64,000 nt of DNA from an uncultured Sedimenticola sp. (GTDB lineage: Bacteria; Pseudomonadota; Gammaproteobacteria; Chromatiales; Chromatiaceae): assembly GCA_964404295.1 (NCBI GenBank), contig CAYOJM010000020.1, forward strand, positions 44,002 to 108,001, in the 5' to 3' direction. The first letter of the stretch is position 1. Each line of letters begins with the position of its first letter. Positions 23,202 to 32,038 of the stretch are shown here, one piece after another. Below the pieces are notes generated by a model. The model did no database searches, was not told the origin of the DNA, and saw only the letters and a program-made list of their open reading frames with translations. The position numbers and the translations under genes were made by a program.

Positions 23202-24524
23202 TCACTTGTTCCGGCCCCCGCCCTCCTCCGAAATGGAGAGATCGCGGACGAAATCCTCCGCCAACGCCCGGTAGATGGGCTGAGGGCTCACCAGCTTGGA
23301 AACGCCGTCCGCGATGAGCGCCACCGCCATCACCGGCAACAAGATGTTCTGGTTGTCGGTCATCTCCATGATGATGATGACGGCGGTCAGCGGCGTCTGC
23401 ACCACCCCGGTGAAATAGGCGGCCATGCCCAGGAGCGCCACCGTGGAGACGTCGGTACCGGGAAACCAGTCCGCCATCTCCGCCCCCAACCCGGCGCCGA
23501 TGGAGAGCGAAGGCGCGAAGATCCCTCCCGGAATGCCGCTCCAATAGGAAAGCAAGGTGGCCAGGTACTTGAACAACGGAAAGCCGGCATCCACCGCGTC
23601 GCCCCCCTGCAAGGCCGCCTTGGCCTCGGCGTAGCCGGTGCCCCAGGTCTGGCCGCCCGAAAGCAGCCCGATTCCGGCCAGGAGCAGGCCGATGACCACG
23701 GCCGTGGCATAGGGATGAGCATTGCGCCAGGGACGGATGCGCCGTCCACCTTGCACCAGCAAGGCGCTGAAGGAACCGCCGGCAAAGCCGCCCACCAGAC
23801 CACAAACCAGCACCACCGCAAAGACCTGGGGCAGATGGATCACCGTGTCCACCGAGCCGAAATAAGCATAGTTGCCGTTGATGGCCAAGGCGGTGATGCC
23901 GGCGATGATCACCGCGGTGAAGACGGTCCCGTTGGTCTTTTCCTCGAACGTCTTGGCCATCTCCTCAATGGCGAACATGACCCCCGCCAATGGCGTGTTG
24001 AAAGCCGCCGCCAAGCCCGCCGCGCCACCGGCCAAGATCAATCCGCGGCTGATGTCGTAATGGGGAAAACGGGCGAAACGGGTCAATGAGAACGCGATGG
24101 AAGCGGCGATGTGGATGGTGGGCCCTTCGCGGCCGATGGAAGCGCCGCTGAGCAATCCCAACACGATCATGACCCCCTTGCCGACGGCGATGCGCACCGA
24201 CAACAACCGATGGCGCAAATGGCGGTGGCGTTTCAAATGGAGGGCGGCGATGGCCTGAGGAATGCCGCTGCCTTCGGCGCCGGGAAAGAAACGGCGGGTG
24301 AGCCAGACGATGAACGCCAAACCCGAAGGCGTGATCACGAAGGGCAGCCAAGGGTGGTCCGTCACCAAATGGAGAAAATGCTCGCCGGCCCAATCGGCGC
24401 CCAGCGCCAGCACGGAAGCCGACACGCCGACCAGCACCGCCCCGACGAGAAAGACGCCGCGGGTGCGCCACACCTGGGCCGAGGTGAGCTGCTTGCGGGA
24501 TCTTCGGATGCGCTTGCGGTGCAT
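23202..24524 (-). CDS. CLC family Cl-/H+ antiporter
   Basis: Canonical GSGIP, GREGP, GIFAP and PIY motifs. Confidence 0.92.
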   Translation of the reverse strand: MHRKRIRRSRKQLTSAQVWRTRGVFLVGAVLVGVSASVLALGADWAGEHFLHLVTDHPWLPFVITPSGLAFIVWLTRRFFPGAEGSGIPQAIAALHLKRHRHLRHRLLSVRIAVGKGVMIVLGLLSGASIGREGPTIHIAASIAFSLTRFARFPHYDISRGLILAGGAAGLAAAFNTPLAGVMFAIEEMAKTFEEKTNGTVFTAVIIAGITALAINGNYAYFGSVDTVIHLPQVFAVVLVCGLVGGFAGGSFSALLVQGGRRIRPWRNAHPYATAVVIGLLLAGIGLLSGGQTWGTGYAEAKAALQGGDAVDAGFPLFKYLATLLSYWSGIPGGIFAPSLSIGAGLGAEMADWFPGTDVSTVALLGMAAYFTGVVQTPLTAVIIIMEMTDNQNILLPVMAVALIADGVSKLVSPQPIYRALAEDFVRDLSISEEGGGRNK

Positions 24525-24710
24525 GGGACTGATGGAAGCCGACGAAGGGAAAAACCTTACCAGATTTGGGTTCGACCCAAGAACACGCCGATTCGTAAAG
24601 GCGATCCCGCCGCCGCGCTGACTCGAATGCCGTTTCCCTATAGAATACGCGCCACCCGCGCGGCGCCCGCCGCGCCGAAATCATCTGAACTTTCGACGGA
24701 GAACGACCCC

Positions 24711-25355
24711 ATGAGACTGATTCTTCTTGGCGCCCCGGGCGCCGGCAAGGGCACCGTGGCCAAAATGCTGACCCAGATCGACGGTTCCGTTCAGATCTCC
24801 ACCGGCGACATCCTGCGCGCCGCGGTGAAGGAAGGCACCGAACTGGGCAAGGAGGCGCAGGGTTACATGGAGCGCGGTGAGCTGGTTCCCGACTCCCTCA
24901 TCATGGGCATCATGGAGGAGCGGCTGCAGCAGGACGACTGCAAGCAGGGCTTCCTGCTGGACGGCTTCCCCCGCACCATTCCCCAGGCCGAAGCGCTGGA
25001 CGAGCTGCTGAAGAAGCTGGACATCACCCTCGACGGCGTGGTGAACCTGAACGTGCCCCGCGAGGTGATCCTGGACCGCCTCACCACTCGTCGCACCTGC
25101 GAAGAGTGTGGCGCCATCTACAACGTCAAGAGCAACCCACCCAAGGTGGAGGGCGTGTGCGACAAGTGCGGCGGCAAGGTGGTACAGCGCGCCGACGAGA
25201 CCGAGGAGGCCATCTCCAAGCGGTTGGACGTCTTCAACGAGCAGACCGCGCCGCTGGTGGGCTACTACCAGGAAAAGGGCATGCTGTGGGACATCAACGC
25301 CACCTCCAGCGACGAGGTGGTGAAGATCATCAAGGAGAAACTGGGTCTCTCCTGA
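24711..25355 (+). CDS. adk: Adenylate kinase with zinc-binding lid
   Basis: GAPGAGKGT, ISTGDILR, LDGFPRT; lid CEEC...CDKC. Confidence 0.97.
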   Translation: MRLILLGAPGAGKGTVAKMLTQIDGSVQISTGDILRAAVKEGTELGKEAQGYMERGELVPDSLIMGIMEERLQQDDCKQGFLLDGFPRTIPQAEALDELLKKLDITLDGVVNLNVPREVILDRLTTRRTCEECGAIYNVKSNPPKVEGVCDKCGGKVVQRADETEEAISKRLDVFNEQTAPLVGYYQEKGMLWDINATSSDEVVKIIKEKLGLS

Positions 25356-25381
25356 TCCTTCCACCGATCACGCCAACGACG

Positions 25382-25409
25382 AAAGCCGCCCCCGGAGGGC
25401 GGCTTTTTT
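25382..25409 (+). terminator. Rho-independent terminator after adk (possibly bidirectional)
   Basis: AAAGCCGCCC-ccgga-GGGCGGCTTTTTT between convergent genes. Confidence 0.85.
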
Positions 25410-25431
25410 CAAGGCCGAGAGACTGAAGAAA

Positions 25432-25968
25432 TCAGGGCTCCGACGCCGTCGTACCGTCCGGCTCGAGGGGAGCGGATCGGTTCGGTCGTCCCTTCTTCTC
25501 GGCCGGCGGGGCCGCGGCGCCCTTCTCGGCCTTGCCGGGCACCGCCGGCAACCGCGCATCGGCCGGAACCGGCCGCCATCCACGTTGGGGTTGGCGTGAA
25601 AGCTGCTGATCCACCGATTCCACCGGGATGCCCGGTGGCGGCACCACTTCCACGGGACGGCCCGGCTCCAGGAGAGGCGGGGGACCTTGAGGAGGCGGTG
25701 GAGGGGCCGCATCCGGCCAATCGGCGCCGGGCGGCGGGACCCAACCGCGATAACGATAGCTGGGCAGGTAGCGCCGCGACGCTCCATGACGCCGCGGTAC
25801 GGATTCTGCAGGAGGCGCCCAAAGGGGTGGAGCCGACCGGTCCACGCCACCCGGTGGCGGCCAGACCACGTTGCGCCCCGTCGCCGGGTTCTGATAGTAC
25901 CCCTGGGCCGCGCCGCCCAGGCTCCACAGCAGACTGCATGCCAGAACGCCTGCGGTGACCGCGCGCAT
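25432..25968 (-). CDS. Exported proline-rich hypothetical protein
   Basis: Purine-rich SD region; signal peptide MRAVTAGVLACSLLWSLGGAAQG; Pro/Trp/Tyr-rich mature part. Confidence 0.6.
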   Translation of the reverse strand: MRAVTAGVLACSLLWSLGGAAQGYYQNPATGRNVVWPPPGGVDRSAPPLWAPPAESVPRRHGASRRYLPSYRYRGWVPPPGADWPDAAPPPPPQGPPPLLEPGRPVEVVPPPGIPVESVDQQLSRQPQRGWRPVPADARLPAVPGKAEKGAAAPPAEKKGRPNRSAPLEPDGTTASEP

Positions 25969-26040
25969 CTCTCTTTCCTCCCTTCCTCCTTTGCGGCGAA
26001 TGTACCACAAGGCCGTCGGCGCCACATCCGCACCCCGGCT

Positions 26041-28026
26041 TCAATCCTCCCTCTCTTGCGCCGGCAAGCGGTCGCCCTTCTCCGCCGCTTCGAGGGAAGA
26101 GGGATCTCCCCGTAACACCAAGACATCCCCGGGACGCAACCGGATATCGGCGGCATCCCCCCGAAGGCGCACGCCGCCGCGCATGATCCGGTCGATGGCC
26201 AACCCAGGGTCGGCCTCCCTACGCAGCGCTTCCAGCGTGCGCCCCACCCACGGATGGTCCTCCCCGATGACCACCGACCGGCGCCGGGTTCGATAGCCGT
26301 CCGCCTCGCTTCCCGTCTCTTCCACCGCGTGGAAAAAAGCGCGCAACGGAGCATAGTCCTGCGCCCTGAGGTCGGCCATCAGATGGTCGATGTCGGAGGC
26401 CGGAACCTCGAGCAGCGCGAGCAATTGGGCGGCGAAGGTGAGGCTGGTCTCCAACCCTTCGGGAAAAACCTCGGCGCCGGTCTCGCGCAACCGGCCCTCG
26501 TAACGGACGTCCCGGCAGCGGACCAGCAGGGGAAGGTCTCGGCTCAGGGTGCGGACTTGGACGGCCAGGCGCAAGGCGGTCTCCGCGTCGCGAAAGGTGA
26601 CCGCCACCGCCCGTGCCCGTTCCAGGCCGGCCGCTTCCAGCACCCTCGGATTGGCTGCGTCTCCGAAGACCACCGGCTCGCCGGCATCCAGCGCTTCGCG
26701 CACGCGCTGGATGTCCAGATCCAGGGCCAGGCAACGAATGCCGCGCTGCTGCAAGATGGCCACCAGGTTTTGCCCCAAGCGGCCATAACCGCAGACCAGA
26801 ACATGCCCGTCGAAGGAGTCGCCGTGCGCGGCCACGGAGTCGGACACCGCGATCTCCGCCGACTCGGCGCCGGAGAGCCGAGACGCCAAGACCCCGTTGT
26901 AGCGCACCAGCAAAGGCGCCAACGCCATGGAGAGGATCATGGCCGCGAACAACACCTGAGCGGGCGCCGCCGGGACCAACGCCATGCCCAATCCCAGAGA
27001 GAGCAACAGCAGACCGAACTCACCGGCTTCGCCCAGACTGATGCCGGCCCGCCAGGCCTCGTTGCCCGAAAGTCCGAACCGCACGGCGAGCAGGCGGATG
27101 ACGAGGACCTTGGCCGTCAGCAGCACCCCGAGCACCAGCAAAACCCGGTGCCACTCCACCGCCACCACCGAAAGGTCCAGTTGCATGCCGATGGTGGCGA
27201 AGAACAGCCCTAGCATCAGATCCCGAAAGGGGCGGATGTCGGCTTCCATTTGATGGCGGAACTCGGTTTCCCCCAACAGCATCCCGGCCAAAAAAGCGCC
27301 CAGGGCGGGGGAAAGCCCAAGGGCGTGGGCCAACCCGGCGGTCCCCATGACCACCAGCAGGGCGGCCAGCATGAACATCTCCAGGGAGTGGGTGCCCGCC
27401 ACCCAGTGCAGCAGAGGCCCAAGAAGCCGCCGGCCCAGCGTCATGAGCACCAGCGCCAAGGCCACCGCTTTCACCAAAGGCGCCGCCACCGTCCAGACCA
27501 GTTCGCCGCCGGGGTCCATCAAAGCCGGAATCACGGCCAGCAGCGGCACCGCCGCCAGGTCCTGGGCCAGGAGAATGCCCACCGCCGCCTGGCCGTGCGG
27601 CGTGCCCAGCTCCATCTGCTCTCCCAACTGCTTGAGCGCGATGGCGGTGGAGGACATGGCCAAAGCCGCGCCGACGACGAAAGCGGCCGGGAGCGAGAGC
27701 CCGATACCCCAGGCCGCGGCTCCGAACAGCAGCCCCGTGACCAGGATCTGGCTGCCCCCCAACCCCAACACGAGGCGGCGGTTGGCCATGAGCCGCGGAA
27801 GGGAAAACTCCAGGCCGATGGTGAACATGAGCAGCACCACGCCGGTCTCGGCCATGAAACGGGTGGCGGGCGAATCGGGAAGCCAATTGAATCCGTGGGG
27901 CCCCGCCAACAGGCCGGTGGCCAGATAACCCAGAATGGGAGAGACGCCCAGCCGGATGCACAAGGCCACCAACAAGGCGCCCAACGCCAACAACACCAGT
28001 ATGGAGTTGAACAGGGCGTGTTCCAC
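26041..28026 (-). CDS. CPA2 monovalent cation:proton antiporter (KefB/YbaL-like) with TrkA-N and TrkA-C domains
   Basis: GVVLLMFTIGLEFS, LAMSSTAI, ILLAQDL, GEFG and RCK motif CGYGRLG. Confidence 0.9.
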   Translation of the reverse strand: MEHALFNSILVLLALGALLVALCIRLGVSPILGYLATGLLAGPHGFNWLPDSPATRFMAETGVVLLMFTIGLEFSLPRLMANRRLVLGLGGSQILVTGLLFGAAAWGIGLSLPAAFVVGAALAMSSTAIALKQLGEQMELGTPHGQAAVGILLAQDLAAVPLLAVIPALMDPGGELVWTVAAPLVKAVALALVLMTLGRRLLGPLLHWVAGTHSLEMFMLAALLVVMGTAGLAHALGLSPALGAFLAGMLLGETEFRHQMEADIRPFRDLMLGLFFATIGMQLDLSVVAVEWHRVLLVLGVLLTAKVLVIRLLAVRFGLSGNEAWRAGISLGEAGEFGLLLLSLGLGMALVPAAPAQVLFAAMILSMALAPLLVRYNGVLASRLSGAESAEIAVSDSVAAHGDSFDGHVLVCGYGRLGQNLVAILQQRGIRCLALDLDIQRVREALDAGEPVVFGDAANPRVLEAAGLERARAVAVTFRDAETALRLAVQVRTLSRDLPLLVRCRDVRYEGRLRETGAEVFPEGLETSLTFAAQLLALLEVPASDIDHLMADLRAQDYAPLRAFFHAVEETGSEADGYRTRRRSVVIGEDHPWVGRTLEALRREADPGLAIDRIMRGGVRLRGDAADIRLRPGDVLVLRGDPSSLEAAEKGDRLPAQERED

Positions 28027-28029
28027 GAA

Positions 28030-29094
28030 TCAGCCGTTCAACAACAGTCCCAAAGGATCGTCTGGATCCACCCCTTCCATGAACGGCAGCCGGCGGTCGC
28101 GATGCGTCACCTGGTACACCAGCCCCATCCAGTTGCCCACCACCGCCTCGGCGGTGTCGTGCCAAGTGTTGCCGATGTGCGGCGCGATGAGGGATTCGGG
28201 AAATTCCAGTGTCCGCTCTCCCCGCTGCCAACGGAAGCGGTACTCCTCCAAGATGGCCGTCTCCCGCACGCCCAGGTAGTTGACCGGCAGCGGTGGATAC
28301 TCGTCGATCTCCCCCGCCTGATAGCGCAACACCTCCCTTTTGTATTCCTTGAGGAGGGAAATGGTGTCGTACTCGGGGTGGCCCTGAAAGAAGACGAACC
28401 GCAATCCGTCGGCGCTGGTGGCCAGATGGACCCCCGCGGATTCGCTCTCCACGAGCACGCGCAGGCCCGCGGCTTCGAACTGTTCCCGCGTGACGGCGTT
28501 CCAGCGCGAATGGGGCACGTCGAACCGGCTGTTGACATCGTTCACCAAAGGGTGGCCCCCATCCACCACCCGATGGGGAAAGACCCCCCAAACCTTTTTC
28601 GGCTGGGGGATGCGCTTATGGCCGTAACGGAACTGAAGCACCGCATGGGTGGCCAGGCAGGAGCAGAGCGTGGAAGTGACGTTCTCCCAGGCCCAGTCGA
28701 TCACCTCGATGAGGGGCTCCCAGAAAGGCTGATCGGCCAGCTCCGGCCCCACCACGTTGGCCCCGGTGATGATGAGGGCATCCAACCCTTCCTCGCGGAT
28801 CTTCTCGAACGGCTCGTAATAGCGGGCGATGTGCTCCCGGGCCTTTTCCCCACGCGGCAGTTCGGGCAGCGTGAAGGGATGGAGATAGAACTGGGCGATG
28901 GGGTTGCTCTCGCCCACCAGGCGGAAGAACTGACGCTCGGTGGCGGCGAGGGCCGCATCCGGCATCATGTTGAGCAAGCCCACGTGCAGCTCGCGAATGT
29001 GCTGGTGCATGGCCCGACCGCTGGGCAGGACGATGAGCCCTTCCCGCTTCAACCGTTCGAAGGTGGGCAGATCGTTGTGGGCGACCAGGGGCAT
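28030..29094 (-). CDS. metA: Homoserine O-acyltransferase, MetA family (probably succinyltransferase)
   Basis: LHVGLLNMMPD, ITGAN, catalytic CLA, PHSRWN and GHPEYD motifs; lacks the Glu after GAxV that marks acetyl specificity. Confidence 0.92.
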   Translation of the reverse strand: MPLVAHNDLPTFERLKREGLIVLPSGRAMHQHIRELHVGLLNMMPDAALAATERQFFRLVGESNPIAQFYLHPFTLPELPRGEKAREHIARYYEPFEKIREEGLDALIITGANVVGPELADQPFWEPLIEVIDWAWENVTSTLCSCLATHAVLQFRYGHKRIPQPKKVWGVFPHRVVDGGHPLVNDVNSRFDVPHSRWNAVTREQFEAAGLRVLVESESAGVHLATSADGLRFVFFQGHPEYDTISLLKEYKREVLRYQAGEIDEYPPLPVNYLGVRETAILEEYRFRWQRGERTLEFPESLIAPHIGNTWHDTAEAVVGNWMGLVYQVTHRDRRLPFMEGVDPDDPLGLLLNG

Positions 29095-29095
29095 C

Positions 29096-29944
29096 TCAGG
29101 CCTCCTCGCGCGCGATGGCGCGCTCGAGCAATTCCAGGAAATCGGCCTCGTCCCTCACCTCGGCCAGCTCCCGCGAGGTGACGGTGTAACCCAACCGCGC
29201 GATGGCCTCATAACGGGGTATGCGCGAATGGAACAGCCTGGGAAAGATCCAGCGGGTGAAATCGTCCGGATCCATCTGGGCTGCATACGCCAACCCTTTT
29301 TCCCGAAGATAGACCGCCAGCTCCGCTTCCAGGAATTCGGGGCGGTAGTAGAGCGGCTTGGGCGCCGACTGAGCGCGGGCGATGAGCTTGCGCTCCTCCT
29401 CCTCATCGGTGATCTTGATGTAAAGGATGAGGGTGTGCTCGGCGAGCAGCTCAATGACCCCCGGCTCGTCCAGCTCGCACAAGCTGCCCCCCATGTCGTT
29501 GATGAAATGCTGGTATCCGTACACCTCGCGCGCCTTGCGGATGAATTCCGGCACATCGCGCACGGCGGCGATCTCGGCTTCGCGGTAGCGGGCCTGGCGC
29601 CAGAGAAAAGGTTCGAGCGGCACGCCGCCCCGCTCCGGATCGCCCAGCTTGCCCACGAAGCTGAGCACCGGCCCCAGGTCGTCCACCTTGATGTTGTTGC
29701 GAATGTAGATCCAATCCTTGCGCAGCAGATCGCGCAGGAATGGCTGCTTCATGGCCTCGGCTTTCACCAGGTCGAGGATCCATTCGTCCAGATAGCGGGT
29801 GCCGATGCGGTAGTCACCGGAATAATGGAACCAGTCGTGACGGCGCAACAGGGTGGAGATGTGGGTCTTGCCCACCCCGGACATGCCCAGCAGTGTGATC
29901 TTCTTGCGCTCCCAGGCGCGGAAGGAGTCTACGGTGAATTTCAA
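29096..29944 (-). CDS. Uncharacterised P-loop ATPase/kinase upstream of metA
   Basis: Walker A GMSGVGKT, HYSGDYRIGTRY and PKPLYY; 1 bp gap to the metA start. Confidence 0.8.
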   Translation of the reverse strand: MKFTVDSFRAWERKKITLLGMSGVGKTHISTLLRRHDWFHYSGDYRIGTRYLDEWILDLVKAEAMKQPFLRDLLRKDWIYIRNNIKVDDLGPVLSFVGKLGDPERGGVPLEPFLWRQARYREAEIAAVRDVPEFIRKAREVYGYQHFINDMGGSLCELDEPGVIELLAEHTLILYIKITDEEEERKLIARAQSAPKPLYYRPEFLEAELAVYLREKGLAYAAQMDPDDFTRWIFPRLFHSRIPRYEAIARLGYTVTSRELAEVRDEADFLELLERAIAREEA

Positions 29945-30048
29945 GGTCGTCCGTCCTGTTGGGTTGGATGGAGCCGAAAGGCCGGCTCGACGAAAAGCAT
30001 GGTACCGTTGTCCGGCGGCCGGCCGGGCCGAAATGATACCACCCCGCC

Positions 30049-31803
30049 ATGAAACCCCTCCCGCGAAACCTGGGTCACTGGTTTTCCGAACGGCTGGAAG
30101 AGACGCGCATGCGCCTCGCGCGCCCGGACGCCCTGCTCCAGCTCACCCTCATGGGCCTGCTCACCGGGCTGCTGGCCGGCGCCATCATCGTCTTTTTTCG
30201 ATGGTCGGTGGAGCACATCCAGGAATGGCTGCTGCCCGGCGAAGGGCCGGACAACTTCGAAGGGCTCCCACTGGTCGGGCGCCTTCTCTTTCCGCTGACC
30301 GCCGCCCTGGCCCTGGCCCTCATGTTCCGCTGGTTCGCCCGGGGATTGTACGTCCTGGGGGTGGCGCGAGTGCTCGAACGCATGGCCTATCACCAGGGGC
30401 GGCTCACCTTGCGCGGTTTCCTGCTCCAGTTCTTCGGCGTCGCCATCGCCCTCATCGGCGGCCATTCGGTGGGCCGGGAAGGGGCGCACATCTTTCTCGG
30501 CGCCTGCACCGGCAGCCTGCTCGGCCAGAAGCTCGAACTGCCCAACAACGCCATCCGAACCCTGGTGGGCTGCGGAACGGCCGCCGGCATCGCGGCATCG
30601 TTCAACACCCCACTGGCCGGGGTGATCTTTTCCCTCGAAGTGGTGATGATGGATTACCAACTGGCCAGTTTCATTCCGGTCATCATCGCCGCGGTCACCG
30701 CCACTGTGGTTTCCAATGCGGTTCTCGGCGACGCCGCCGTCTTCCAGGTGCCCCCATTGCAACTGGGCAGCCTGGCCGAAGTGCCCCTGGTCGTGGTGCT
30801 GGGATTGTTGGCGGGCACCCTGGGCGCCGGTTTCATCCAAATGGTGCAATCCATCGCCAGGGGCACCCGCAACTGGCCCATCGAGCGCCAGATGGGGGCG
30901 GCCGGCGCCGCGGTGGCCCTGCTCGGCGCCCTCTTTCCCGAGATCATGGGCATCGGCTACGACACCATCAACACGGCCCTGCTCGGGGGATACACCGCCG
31001 GCCTGCTCTTGACGCTGGCCCTGGTCAAGCTGGTGGCCACGTCCATCTGTTCGGCCCTCAACGTGCCCGGAGGGATGATCGGCCCCGCCTTCTTCATCGG
31101 CGCCACCTTGGGCGGTGGATTCGGCCATCTCCTGGCGCAGACGCTGCCGGAGCTGGAAATCCACCCCGGCGTCTATGCCATGCTGGGCATGAGCGCCCTC
31201 ATGGCCGGCAGCCTGCAGGCGCCCCTGGCGGCGCTCACCGCCCTCTTGGAACTAACCGACAACCCCCAAATCATCATGCCCGGCATGCTGGTGGTGGTCA
31301 TTTCCGGGCTCACCGCCAGCGAACTGTTCCACAAAGAGTCTCTCTTCATCACCATGCTCAAGGCCAAGGGGCTGGACTACAGCCAAAGCCCGGTGATGGC
31401 GGCGCTGCGCCGCATCGGCGTGGCCGGGGTGATGGATCGCAGCTTCACCCAAGCCCCCCGCATCGTGGACCGGGCACGGGCGGCGGCCCTGCTGGAACAC
31501 AAACCCCGCTGGATCTTGGTCACCGAAGCACAAACGCCGAAAGCAGTTCTGGCCGCGGTGGACCTGGCCGCCTGGCTGGAGCGTGGCGAAGGAGAACCGG
31601 ATGCCCCCATCGACCTGCTGAAGATCCCCGGCCACCGTCTGGAAGTGGCGCCGGTCCATCTGCACGACACCTTGCAGGAGGCCTTGGAAGCCCTGGACCG
31701 GACGGGGGCCGAGGCCCTTTACGTGCGCCGCATGACCGCGCCCGGCTTCTGGCGGATCTACGGCATCCTCACCCGTGCCGAGGTCGAATCGGCCTACCGC
31801 TGA
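30049..31803 (+). CDS. CLC family channel/transporter with C-terminal CBS-like domains
   Basis: GHSVGREGA, AASFNTPLAGVIF and LQAPLAAL motifs; degenerate anion-binding motifs. Confidence 0.88.
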   Translation: MKPLPRNLGHWFSERLEETRMRLARPDALLQLTLMGLLTGLLAGAIIVFFRWSVEHIQEWLLPGEGPDNFEGLPLVGRLLFPLTAALALALMFRWFARGLYVLGVARVLERMAYHQGRLTLRGFLLQFFGVAIALIGGHSVGREGAHIFLGACTGSLLGQKLELPNNAIRTLVGCGTAAGIAASFNTPLAGVIFSLEVVMMDYQLASFIPVIIAAVTATVVSNAVLGDAAVFQVPPLQLGSLAEVPLVVVLGLLAGTLGAGFIQMVQSIARGTRNWPIERQMGAAGAAVALLGALFPEIMGIGYDTINTALLGGYTAGLLLTLALVKLVATSICSALNVPGGMIGPAFFIGATLGGGFGHLLAQTLPELEIHPGVYAMLGMSALMAGSLQAPLAALTALLELTDNPQIIMPGMLVVVISGLTASELFHKESLFITMLKAKGLDYSQSPVMAALRRIGVAGVMDRSFTQAPRIVDRARAAALLEHKPRWILVTEAQTPKAVLAAVDLAAWLERGEGEPDAPIDLLKIPGHRLEVAPVHLHDTLQEALEALDRTGAEALYVRRMTAPGFWRIYGILTRAEVESAYR

Positions 31804-31806
31804 GTG

Positions 31807-31855
31807 TTCCCTGAATTGGTGCACCCCGCACAGTGCAGTGCACCGTTGTGGTCTC
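31807..31855 (+). promoter_or_regulatory. Paired NtrC-like enhancer sites
   Basis: TTCCCTGAATTGGTGCA (31807-31823) and TGCACCGTTGTGGTCTC (31839-31855); each has one perfect half of TGCACC-N5-GGTGCA; centres 32 bp apart. Confidence 0.6.
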
Positions 31856-31979
31856 TAGGAGTGGAGATGACAAAGCGCGGCCCAAAACCGTGCCACGAAC
31901 CGAAGCCACCCGAATCCCCTCAACCCGATCAAGCACTTGAGTTCGACCGCGGCCGGCATGCCACCGGATCTCCAGAAGT

Positions 31980-31995
31980 TGGCAAGAGACTTGCA
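31980..31995 (+). promoter_or_regulatory. Sigma-54 (-24/-12) promoter of the hao-amt-cytochrome operon
   Basis: TGGCAAGAGACTTGCA, GG-N10-GC, near-perfect match to TGGCAC-N5-TTGCW, about 44 bp before the ATG. Confidence 0.85.
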
Positions 31996-32038
31996 GAAGG
32001 CACGTCGACCCAATGACACATCGAGGAGATTCCCTGCC

